From contig NW_024704742.1 in the NCBI RefSeq assembly GCF_018977255.1, positions 87,298,001 to 87,362,000 of the forward strand: a DNA stretch of 64,000 nucleotides, written 5' to 3'. The notes beneath the pieces are model-generated. The model was not told the origin of the DNA, searched no databases, and saw only the letters and a program-made list of their open reading frames with translations. Each line of letters starts with the position of its first letter. Within the stretch, counting starts at the first letter, position 1. Shown piece by piece: positions 52,806 through 64,000 of this stretch. The position numbers were made by a program, and so were the translations under genes. The stretch is from Callorhinchus milii (Eukaryota).

Positions 52806-53853
52806 ACCAAACTTTTTTGTAAGCAAAATAGAAGCCCACGGTATTAAAGGGACAGTGGCAGCATGGATACAGAACTGTCTGGGAGATAGAAAGCAGAGAG
52901 TGGTGGTGAACGGTTGTTTTTCTGACTGGACGGAAATGTGCAGGGGTGTCCCCCAGGGGTCAGTATTGGGATCACTCCTGTTTTTGATCGATATAAATGA
53001 CCTGGACTTGGGTATAGGAAGTATAATTTCCAAGTTTGCAGATGATACTAAGCTAGGAAAAGTAGTAAACAGTGAGGAGGCTAGTAGCAGACTGCAAGGG
53101 GACATAGACAGACTGGTAAAATGGGCACACACATGGCAGATGAAGTTTAATGTGGAAAAATGTGAAGTGATGCACTTGGGGAGGAAAAATGAGAAGAGGA
53201 AATATAAACTAGATGATACGATCTTAAAGGGTGTGAAGGAACAGAGAGACCTGGGGGTTCATATAAGTAAATCTTTGAAGGTGGCAGGACAGATAGATAA
53301 AGCTGTTTTAAAAATATACAAGATACTAGTTTGTAAATAGGGGCATAGAATACTTTGTAAATAGGAAGTTATGATGAGCCTTTATAAAACACTGGTTAGG
53401 CCTCAGCTAGAGTACTGTGTTCAGTTCTGGGCACCACACTTTAGGAAGGATGTCAAGGCATTGGAGAGGCTGCAAAGGAGATTTACCAGGAATGAGGGAC
53501 TTCATGTTATCAGGAGAGGTTAGAGAAGCTAGGATTATTCTTAGAGCAGAGAAGGTTAAGAGGAGACTTAAGAGAAGTTTTCAAAATTATGAAGGGGATT
53601 CTTCACACAGGGAATTTTTTCACACAGCGAGTTGTTCGGATCTGGAATGCATTGCTTGAAAGGGTTGGAAGCCGATTCAATAAGAGATTTTAAGAGAGAA
53701 GTACATAATTATTTGGGGAGGATAAGTTTGCAGGGCTATGGGGAGAGAGCGGGGGAGTGGGATTGAATTGGACAGCTCTTTTCAAAGAGCAGGCACAGAC
53801 ACGATGGCCTGAATGGCCTCTTTTTGTGCTGTATAATTCTATGATTCTATGAT
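52806..53853 (+). mobile_element. CR1 LINE fragment (RT C-terminus plus 3' UTR) in intron 3 of the ANGPTL-like gene
   Basis: ORF 52855..53340: GVPQGSVLGSLLFLIDINDL...ISKFADDTKL...WQMKFNVEKC; (ATTCTATG)n tail. Confidence 0.93.
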
Positions 53854-56800
53854 TAAATGCAGGCAGAGGCCGGAGAGGACCACATGATTGTCTGGCAGCT
53901 TTGTGTTTGTGATGTACCTCCGTCAGGTTTAATTTGCCCATTTTTCCACCTTTGTGGAAGGTGCAGAAAGAAAAGTGTCTAACTCCCACTTCCTTTGTGG
54001 CATGTCGGTGTTGCATAAGTTGTTGTGTAAGACGGGAAACCGTCCTGCCCATTCCAGGTTGTGTTGTTGGAATGTGTGTAGCCTCATCAAGTTTACAACG
54101 ATGCTGTGTTTATAATGTCCTTGAAGAACAAACAGCTGGCAGAACAGCTGTGGTGCAGAATGGGATTGAAGGATTCGGATTCGTACAATCACGCAGAATT
54201 AAAGTCTCTAACCACAAGAAAATAAGAATAAACTTTGATGCCCTGACTTGGCCTTGTGGAATTGCTCTATTGAAAAATTACTATTTCAACTTTCTTTTTG
54301 TTTGAAAAAAAATCTGAATTGCTCAGACTCTGCTGGGTGAACAGCAAATATAGTCTTGAGTTAGTTTGGTTATGGGGATGTAGCTCACTTTCATTTTTTN
54401 AAAGGTGCTTGTTTGAATTCCTGCCATCGATCACGTGATGGGAATGGGACCCTGCCTTCTGGCTGTATGGGAGCCATGTTGACTTCTGTCCAATTGGAGT
54501 TTCTACAAAGCTTATTGCACGACAGCCGGAAGCAAACATCTAACTTTAACATTGTCCATAATTTCCTTTGGATAAAGGGCAAGGCTGTTTGTGTTTTTCC
54601 CCTCTATAAGTTCTTGACAATGAGCCTGTTGTAGAGTCTTATCCTGGAGAATCCCTTTGAACCTTCAATACAGTCCTAGCTTTGTACTTTGTATTTATAT
54701 ATTTATTAAGATTTATACAATTTGTAGTCACTATCATACTATTATTAAAAATAATATTTTAATGACATTCAATATTTATATATAATATTTATTATAAGCA
54801 ATCTTGGAAGCTACCCTGCATAAGGGAGGCTATATAAATGCAAGTTGTTGTTGCAGGGCTATAAAATAATATTTGTGCACTGTATTTCTTGTTATGCTCT
54901 TGATTCTGCCATCTCATGGCATTGCCGGTTGGAGGATTTTGGTGGTTTTGCATCACCAAATGGTATATAAGCATTGCTTCAAGCTGTGGATTAAACAGTT
55001 TCTTACCCCCACTGCCTATCCGCTGACTCTGCTGCCTCCGCTCAGCAGGCTCTGGCCTCCTGGTTCATCCCTTACCCCCTGCGCTCCACCATCGGTGGCC
55101 GTGCTTTCAGCCACTACGCCCCAAACTCTGGAACTTTCTCCCTCAATCTCTCTGCCTTGCCCCCTCCCTCCCCACTTTTAAATCCTAGCTAAAGACCTTT
55201 CTTTTTGATTGTGCTTACGGTTATCTCCCTCTCCCCGTGGCTCGGGGTCAGACTCCACCATTGTCAAGCGCTCCAGGACTCTATCCCGTGTGAAGAGGGC
55301 TATTTAAATGCAAGTTGTTATTGTTGTTCTTCAGACACTGAAGAAGCCCAAATGGATTCTTCACCCAAAAAGCCTCATGTTTCACACACACATGCTCACT
55401 GCAACGTGTTATCCTTTAATGGTAGGATGAACTGATGGACACTCGATAAAGAGGGTAGTTTAAGCAGGATGACTTTAAGATGCCTTGAAGGACTTTCATG
55501 ATACAATTGAAAGTGTAAGCTGTTAGCAGCAGTGTGCCCATCAACAATTAGTGTCCGCACACATAGCATCCTGTTTATTGATGTCTACATACACCAGTGG
55601 AATACTACATTGCTGATGTAAGAAATAGCATTGTAGCCAGTAGAGAACTTACTCAGTTCTCCATGAAGCCATAGAAATATATGTTTTAGGAACTTTTATG
55701 CCAGTTGTCCCTTTTACTAATTTCTCCTGATTTCCCTCCATCTGCGACAAGAAGAGACAAATGCTCTGCAACCAAGGTCACAAGTGCCACTTTTTGTTGC
55801 CTGTCTAGAAATTCTTAAAAGCCATCTGATTTATCCCTTCTCCCTGTTAGAGAAGAGCTTGACATCCACTCAGTGCCTCCTCACAGTAGGGATGGTTGTA
55901 GTGGCCTGGGTATTGAATCCGTGTTGTTCCCCTCTGTTGTGCAACTCGCTGGTGCTCAGATACACTGCACCACTGTTTTGCTTGCAACACAGGGAGCATA
56001 TTTGCCTTGCACTACATCGTCATCCAAAAGAATTACAACTTGCATTACCTGGCATCGCTTCAAATGCTATTCAGGAAGCCAATGTCTGAATAGATTTGTT
56101 TTATGCCTTTAATCCCTGTGTAGCATTTATATTTGCTTCCTGTCCACTTAGTCACCCCTTTGCCTTTCACCTACTTGGAGCTTGGCCAGGGACTGAGCTC
56201 CCTAGTGAGTAGACGATCTGGATTGCATTATGTACAGAGTGAAAAGTACAGCGCTCTCGGCCTTCGTTAGCAGCACTCTGGCTATTCAGTTGATATTTTT
56301 ACAACCAGATTTTCCATTCACTGAAAGTTGAAAGATCAGGTTGCGCTTGTTCATATCTTTCCTCTCGCTCCAGATGCCGCTGTGCATCGCATCAACAGCA
56401 GTACAGAGCTTGTAGCCGTCCATTTGCCTCAGACTGTTCAGTAATCAGAGCCATGTGTATGCCCTTTGTTCCAGTTATGTCCTGCAATATTAAGCACTGT
56501 CACTTTTCAAGATCATTACTTTAGACAAAAGTTTCTTGAAAATGTTCTTTGCGTCAGAAGCTTGTTTCTAAAAAAATCTCTCAAAAGCAATTGGCAAAAT
56601 GTATTTTGGCCATATTCCGAATAAAGTTTCATTCTCTCCTTGCTGGTCCCCTTGTTTTCCCCTCTACTCCTCTGTCCACAGTATGTAGATAAAGCCCCTA
56701 TCTTCTCCTCTTTACCTGGATATTGGAGTCTGACAGCCCCACAGTTTGGATACCCTCTGGTCAATCACAGGCCCTCAAGCCATGGGGCTTGGATATAGCT

Positions 56801-57805
56801 TGGACCCATCTCTGCAAACAGGAGTTGCCCTGAATGTCACAATCTTGGTTCAAAACTGTCCCTGAAAAGAATAAATACGCTCATTCTGGAGCTGGATCTG
56901 AAGAATTTTAGAGGAAAGTGAGCAGAGTGTGATGTGCACAAAAAATTGCGGTTAGAGTTTCTCTGGTCAAAGTCAGAGCATACCTCCTCCTAAAATGGAG
57001 AAACTCGCAGATATGAGTGGAGGTTTTGTTGCAGCTTTTGAAGCATTGGTATGGAACTTAGAAAAGGATGAAAGGAAAGGAGTTTGTGTTTACAGTGGAG
57101 TCCTGTAGCTCAGTGGTTAGAGCACTCACCTCGTAGGTGAGAGACCTGGGTTCATTTCCGGGCAGAGCAAAACCATAGGCAAGTTTCTTTACTCTACACA
57201 CCTGATAATAATCCTTCAAGAAAAAAAACAGTAATGAATTGGTCACTTCAATCCACGACTGTTTGTGGGACACTGCTGTGCACAACTGGCTGCCACGTTT
57301 CGCCCACAAAATATACAGTCAATTAATTTTACAGTATATTCTGTGAAGTGCTTTGAGACATCTAGAAGACGTGAAAAGCACTATATCAAATGCAAGGATT
57401 ATTTATAGGATTATTACAGTGACCATCCAGCAGCACCTTGAAGCTAACCCATAGTTCTGACACCAGGAGGATTAGGAAATGTAGCAAAATGTCATCCATC
57501 ACAACTTGAAGCTCAATGAGCATTTCCTCAAACCATCAGGTGGTAGTTAGGTGTAGAAGATAGTCATCATGCATAGAAATTGATTTGCAGTCTGTAGAGC
57601 CTGCAGTTTATCTTTTCACTTTCCTTAACAAGAAGTCGCTGGTTGTAGTTATTAATCTAAAATCTTTCAGTAATTTAAAGTTGGTAAACTTGTTAAAGCT
57701 TCCCTAAGATTTTTGATATTCAAATGAGGAGAATAAATTCCTTCATCTGAATATCTGTGTCTGCAGCACTTCAATCAGGATTAATATAAACAAAACCATA
57801 CTCAC

Positions 57806-57911
57806 TGTCAGCTCGGGCTGCCTCTCGTGGATTCTGTTGATCAGCGGAACTGTTGTTTCCCTTCAGTTTCTTTCTCAACTTTACATGCTCCCTGGCCTCC
57901 CTATTTAAAAC
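57806..57911 (-). CDS. Nested ANGPTL-like gene, exon 3, linker (VLNREAREHVKLRKKLKGNNSSADQQNPREAARAD)
   Basis: Pyrimidine tract ctttcttttctctgtctggag| ...A|gtgagt; 106 nt, phase 0 to 1, links exon 2 to exon 4 in frame; acceptor is a rare GAG. Confidence 0.7.
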
Positions 57912-57989
57912 CTCCAGACAGAGAAAAGAAAGGTGACCACATATCTCCTTTTAGAAAGTGTTTGAGTATGCATGGCATCCAACAGAGCC

Positions 57990-58450
57990 CACAGCGTCCT
58001 CTCTCAAAATGTGAAGCAGGCCGGAGCCTGCTGAGTGAAGGGAGCGGGCAAGTTGGTAGGGGGTTAGGAGGTCGCAGAGATAGGAAGGAGCAAGGTTACG
58101 AAGAGTTTTGAAGGTGGGGACCAGGATTTTGAATCCTGTGCGTGATAGGAAGTCAGTGGAGTCGGGCAAGGATGGGTTGTGGAGCCTGGGGAGGGAGAGG
58201 ACATGGGCTGCAGAGTTCTGGATGATCTGCAACCTATGGAGGAGTTGGGGAAGCCGACAAGCAGGGAGTTTGCATAGTCGAATCTGGATGTTATGAATGG
58301 GTGTATGAGTGTCTCTGTGGCCTGCGGTGTGAGATAGTGGCGGAGCTGAGTGATGTAGTAAGGTGGCCGAAGGCGCAGTTGAAGAGGAAAGTCTTGAGAC
58401 AATGGAGCGAGCGAGGCAAAGGGAATGTGGGATGGAGTTCCATAGGGTGT
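57990..58450 (-). mobile_element. L2 LINE fragments
   Basis: ORFs 57951..58232 and 58064..58483: ETLIHPFITSRFDYANSLL, FKILVPTFKTL. Confidence 0.85.
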
Positions 58451-58817
58451 GGCGGTGGGAGGGGGATTTAACTCCAAACCCATAATTGGGGACTGTTTTT
58501 TAATGTGATCTCTCTACTGTTTCGTAATTATCGCCAGTGATGCTGTTGAGAATTGAAGCTGTTTTGAACCTCAAATAAAAACACTCCCCTGGACAGTGCG
58601 ACACCAGATACATCAAAAACATAAAACTTCAAAACCTTCTCCTATACAATCTGACAGAAAACACAGGGGGTCATTGCAGGAAATATCTTCAATTCTTCAC
58701 TCATCACCCTTCCCTGCTCCTCAAAATATTCAGTTACTTTATAAAGGGCTTTTGGTGAGAACAATCTGCTGTTAATGAGCACACGCGAGAAGTTCACTGA
58801 GAGTGAGGGGCACACAC

Positions 58818-58928
58818 CTTGCCAAGCAAGTGTTGAATCTGTTCGCTCTGCTCATTGATTTGCTGCTGCTGTTCCTCCACCAGTGCCAGAAGTTCATCTG
58901 CACTCAGTCTGTGAGCCTCCGCCGCAGC
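58818..58928 (-). CDS. Nested ANGPTL3/4-like gene, exon 2, coiled coil (AAAEAHRLSADELLALVEEQQQQINEQSEQIQHLLGK)
   Basis: ttatag|...AAG|gtgtgt; 111 nt, phase 0-0, same size and phase as recalled ANGPTL3/4 exon 2; heptad pattern. Confidence 0.88.
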
Positions 58929-59525
58929 CTATAATAACAATAATTAATAATAATAATAATCCTTGCATTTGATATTGCACCTTATCATATTGTTGAGACT
59001 CAAAGCGCTTCACAGAATATACTGTAAAGTGGATTGACTCTATATTCTGTGGGTGAAACGTCCGAATCACTTCTTGAAGGTGATGGGCTGTAAATGAGCC
59101 CCACACTGCTGGTGAACATGAGATTCTTTACTCTGATCCTGAAAGGGTTCAGCTTTTAAAGAGTTTGCATTTTCAGACTCTCAGTTCACCCTGCTACATC
59201 TTTGTCAGATGCATAGTTTTGTGTTCTATGTGTGTGGTGTGTGTGCATACATACGTGTAAACTTTCATAAGAACATAAATTATACCCAAACTGTTTTTGT
59301 GCTGTTTACTGGTGCTATGCAGAGTATAGCACATGTTTTATTCCCAAAACATTTTGACCCAAAACTCGGGGTTCATGTTATACTCACGTGGAGACTATTC
59401 TGGTCTAGCTCCTGCCCTGCTCAGGATCAGTTGCTCTCTCTTCCCCCACCACCCCCGTTCTTATGAATACAAATCTTTCTTAATGTCACTATCTCACATC
59501 CCGGCCCGGAAATCTTTACTGCTTA

Positions 59526-59852
59526 AATAATAATAATAATAATAATAATCCTTGCATTTGATATAGCGCTTTTCACGTCGGGAGGACGTCCCAAAGCGCT
59601 TCACAGAACACACTGTAAAGTGAATTGACTGTATATTTGTGGGCGAACGTGGCAGCCAATTGCGCACAGCAATGTCCCACAAACAGTCATAGATTGAAAA
59701 TGACCAATTTATTATTGTTTTTAGTTTCGGAGGGATTATTATTAGGCGTGTGGAGTAAGGAAACTTGCCCAAGGTTTCGCCCTGCCTGGAATTGAACTCA
59801 GGTCGCTCACTTGCAAAGCGAGTGCTCTAACCACTGAGCTACAGGACTCCAC
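59526..59852 (-). mobile_element. Full-length young tRNA-derived SINE
   Basis: Near-identical to the 47806-48121 and 49945-50272 copies. Confidence 0.92.
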
Positions 59853-62800
59853 GATAATAGTGAGAAGAGAATAAACTAGTATCTGTTTGAAACAAAATGC
59901 AGATGAAAGCTCTTTGCAAGACAATGTATTGGTTTTACTGTGGTGTTTCTCTGCTGGCCTTCTTGATCCTTTCACAAGTCTGATGAATTGCATAATAACG
60001 GCATTTGGTATAGCGCCTTTCTCTTCTGGAGGATATCCCAAAATGTTTCACAAGATAAAGTGCAGTGACAGTGTTTATAAGGGCAGTGAAATGGCAGTCC
60101 ATGCTCTAAAAATGCTAATAAAGAAAGCGCCAATCTAACACCCACTAACCTGGCTCCCATGTATGATTGTGTTTTTTTGAAGAGGAAGCAAACTCCAGTC
60201 CCCATCCCCCTCCAGCTCAGACTTTAGGTTTAGGCCTCTGCTGCAGTTCTGCTAGACACCGGCCTGCTTCATGTCCCCCCACCCTAATTTTACTCTAAAC
60301 CTGCAGGATGCTTGCTACACAAGGAATAGATTTCCTAGACAATGTTGGTATGTGTTTACACAGTCTGCATCCTGGAATGCTGAGCTTGCACAAAATGCCA
60401 AAAGGCATGTCGAGGCTCGCAGGCGTGTACCAGTTTATTAATTATAGACCTGACAGTTCTCCTGCTCTGTGTGCGTGACTCTCAGATCTCCAATCCTGTG
60501 GCACACACACGTGGATATTGACAGTGTTGTCTGCACTTGCCTGAGTTACGCTTGTGAGAGACTGCCTAGTGCATATGCTCTGAAATCAGGTGTTGCCTAA
60601 GGGGAGCTGGAATATCCATTGTCTAATGTTTTAGGGTGTAATGATTTTCCTTTTGAATGAGACGATTATGAAATTTGTGCTCATGTTCAGGGAGCGCTGC
60701 ATTGCCGGAGGTGCCGTCCTTGGGATGGAACATTAAGCCGAGGTCCCGATTGACTGCTTGAGTAAACTTTAAAGACCCGATTCAAAAAGAGAAGAGAGTT
60801 TCTGGCCAACAATCAGTTCTGGCCAACTGACTTTGTTGGACATTTGGTCTGGGAAATTGCTTCCCTATTAACCTATAAGTAAATAGTCACTGCACTTCTC
60901 AGCAATTATCTATGAAACACTTTGAGATAGTTCAACATTCGGTCCTGCATCACCTGCAAGGATTATCATCATTTGTCCAATGACAAAAATCAATTCTTTT
61001 GCATCGGGATCATTGTTTTGAAAAAAAATTAAGCCTCGCCTAGAATTATAGATATTCAAATTGAAATTTCTCACTTTTCCCCCTAGGAGTCTATTAATAA
61101 TTTATTATAACAAATGTTTTCCCTCAAAAACACTTGACACAACTCGTGCTGTGGTAACTACTCACAGTAGTTATCAAGTACAAGGTAAACATCGAGAGCA
61201 GACTGCTTAATGTCAACCAGAATATACACAGCTGGGCAGTGTTACCCCTGTCGGGAGCCCCTCAGTGTGGAGTGTTATATGAACAGATGCAGATCAGAAG
61301 TATTTTAATTGAAAGTTCCACTTCAGCGGTATTTAGACAAAGTGGGGAAAAAATGCCTGAGAGGGCGTTCTTGTTCAAAAAATAACCTATTGTTATAACT
61401 CAGCATTTTTTAGCAAGGGAAACTCGTGCTTCAGTATCCCAGCTCAGGTACCAAGCCAGGACTGTTAAGCCCCTTGGGATACCCTCCCATTGTGAAAGGT
61501 GTTATATAATATATGTATATAAATGTATGTATGTCATTTTTTTATTGTGCTGCACATACACAGGACCTTTTACTCCTGCACTTGGCTGCTCTGAAGTTTG
61601 TTGTGCAGAGGAATCAGAGATATTCTGTTGTGTTTAGGGAGAGGGCTGATGCTTTGCGTGAAAATGGATCCAGATCTCCCCGACCTCAGGAAAGTTCAGC
61701 ACCAGCGAGTACACAGTACATAGGTGGACCAAAGCTCTTGTCACACTAGATACAATGGAACACACCTAGCTTCTCTCCACCATAGATATTACCGGACTTG
61801 CAGAGGCCAGGAGATGGGTTCCTCACTCACGGGGAAGTACTGGTTTATATATAAAATATATTAGGGAACAATTTGAGCCTCTTTTGAAGACTATGAGGTT
61901 GGGTTTCAGGGTGGCCCACGTCACCTTGACATATGCTACAGGACATTCACTGTGTGGCAATCCTTGTCAGCACAAGGAGAATACTTGGTTCCTGACTTGG
62001 AGGTGATTCACAAAAAATGTTAGATAAACTGGTATAGCCTGCTGACCCACTGGTAAACACAATCTCTGGTCCGGAAAGTTAACTTTGTTTGTTTGCCTAC
62101 TATAACAAACAGTCACTAGACCTCCCAGTAATTACCATGAACTGCTTTGAGATGTTAAGACATGATAAGGCTCTATAAAAATGCAATAGCTTTTTTTCTT
62201 CTTTCATTCAGCTGAGATAAAAACCTGAAAGTTGGGTTTACAGTTTTTTTTGGGTCAGCCGGGCGTCTGATCACATGCGGAAACCCATGCTTAAGAGAAT
62301 TCCAAACCAAGCTGAGATTTCTATATATCCCACCTAGACATGGAAATCCCAGAGATAGACTGTTGGAATGGAATGCGCACTCATCCTGGAGGGATTCATT
62401 CTGCTTACCTAATTCCAGAAAGTATTAGGTCAGGTTGGCAAGAGCCAAGTCTTGGGGACCCCAGAGTGTGCGTTATGGGTACTGCTGGAGTCTAACCAGC
62501 TAAAACCACATAGCTTGCCATTGATATTGTTGTCCGGCAAGCTTTCCCACTGCTTGTCCAGCTAGGACCACCATACCCACTAGGGCTTTGGCTTGAAGGG
62601 CTAAAAGGAGTTGACTAGTCTGCCCTTCCAGGTCCTGCCAGTGATCAGGCTGCCTGTGCTGTCATCAGCAGTGCCCTGGAACACTGCGGACCCGCCTGGC
62701 TCAGGAGCCAGGCTACCAAGTCCGTCACAGAGTGCTGGCCCGATTCTGACATTCCATTACTGGGCATCTCACCTTGGAGCCAGTTCAGTCCCAAGGAGAC

Positions 62801-64000
62801 CCCGCGTCACTTTTATGTTGACATGAACATGTTCAAAGACATTTTGCACAGTTCTGGAGCCACCACACCCACCTGCACATGCCAGGTGTCCCTTGAGGAC
62901 GAACGACAAGGCCTAATATAATAATCCCTCCAAAACAAAAAAAACAATAATAAATTGGTCATTTTCAATCTACGACTGTTTGTGGGACATTGCTGTGCGC
63001 AATTGGCTGCCGCGTTCGCCCTCAAATATACAGTCAATTCACTTTACAGTGTGTTCTGTGAAGCGCTTTGGGACGTCCTCCCGACATGAAAAGCGCTATA
63101 TCAAATGCAAGGATTATTATTATTATTATTATAAGGCGCTCTATCAAATATATAAAGGATTGTTATTATCTCAGGATCTCATTCGTAACATGTACTGTAT
63201 TTTTTCAAATTAAGTTCAAGCAAATGAATATATCAGAAATGTGAATAGATGTTTGGTCACATATAAAAATAGTCCAGAGGCCGACATTCCACCTAACCTA
63301 AGATAATTTTCTTGAAAAGATTAAGATTCCTACAGAATTAGTAGGAAATTTAGAAGCTGACTTTCCTTCAGTTCTCAAAGCAACCGCTTCCAAATTAGGA
63401 CTGAATTTGAGAATTTACAATAGTGCTGAACTATTCTCTTTGAGCGCAGAATCTTACAAGAACACGAAAAAGTGTGAAACAATGAAAAGCGATCAGCACA
63501 TCAAGCCCGGCCCTTATCTAAAAACAATCACGTCAAGGTCTTAATGCCATGGACTCTAGCTCCCAGCCCGAAAATTAATCATTCAATGACATCACCTAAC
63601 CCTATGATCAGAGCAGCTTCTTGAAATCACACCAGTGATGTATACTTATGGAGTATAAACATCAGCATGGACTAGTTGAGCAAAATAGCTTGTTTCTGTG
63701 CCCTATCACTCTGTGTAATTCTATGTCAAAGTGGGTCTAATATAAACACGGTCATTTTCTAACTAACTAAGGCAGCTGGAAGCAAGTCGTGCTGACTAAA
63801 TATGAACTTTGCTCCAGTCTACAGCGCAGCAGAGCTCCTGCAGGTCACCATGAATGTACAGGATGCATGTTCTGGTTTCTGGAAGGCGTCTCTGAAGAAA
63901 CCACTTTAGATATTGTTGACAACAGCAACTTATATCGTGCCCTTCACTCTGGTAACATCTTTAAGCACTTATAAGACCCCATCATAAACTTCAAATCCAG

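Noticed and set aside
56170..56482. Possible - strand exon after ttgcag
   Set aside because: Stop codons in all three frames.
46581..58928. Assigning the symbol ANGPTL3, ANGPTL4 or ANGPTL8
   Set aside because: Mixed ANGPTL3/4 features, a DOCK8 host and a full fibrinogen domain (absent in ANGPTL8); orthology cannot be settled by eye.
13023..63213. Many recurring 60-120 aa ORFs (…[26 protein letters not shown]…[11 protein letters not shown])
   Set aside because: Translations of the same SINE family, not a gene family.
59060..64000. ANGPTL-like exon 1 and DOCK8 exon 15
   Set aside because: No signal-peptide/GLLQLG-type frame on - and no NLLYVYP frame on + were found; both are presumed beyond the window.

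Overview
Vertebrate genomic DNA; the repeat content (SacSINE1/Deu-type and tRNA-derived SINEs, CR1 and L2 LINE fragments) points to a cartilaginous fish, possibly a chimaera (inference). The whole window lies inside DOCK8 on the + strand. I traced coding exons 2-14 (15905-45449), all with AG/GT boundaries and one continuous reading frame. Exon 1 and exon 15 onward were not found and presumably lie outside the window. Main result: DOCK8 intron 14 contains an apparently intact antisense ANGPTL3/4-family gene. Its exons 2-7 span 58928 down to 46581 and encode a coiled coil, a linker and a complete fibrinogen-like domain. This is the arrangement known for DOCK7/ANGPTL3 and DOCK6/ANGPTL8, but I know of no nested ANGPTL gene in mammalian DOCK8, so this looks like a third, retained paralog. 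Other structure: a ~1.6 kb inverted duplication bracketing DOCK8 exon 2, a frame-preserving stop-free intron 11, competing splice acceptors that could give an ANGPTL8-like short product, and several hairpins and nested insertions. Most ORFs in the supplied track are repeat-derived noise. Comparisons with human proteins and exon sizes are from memory, not database searches.
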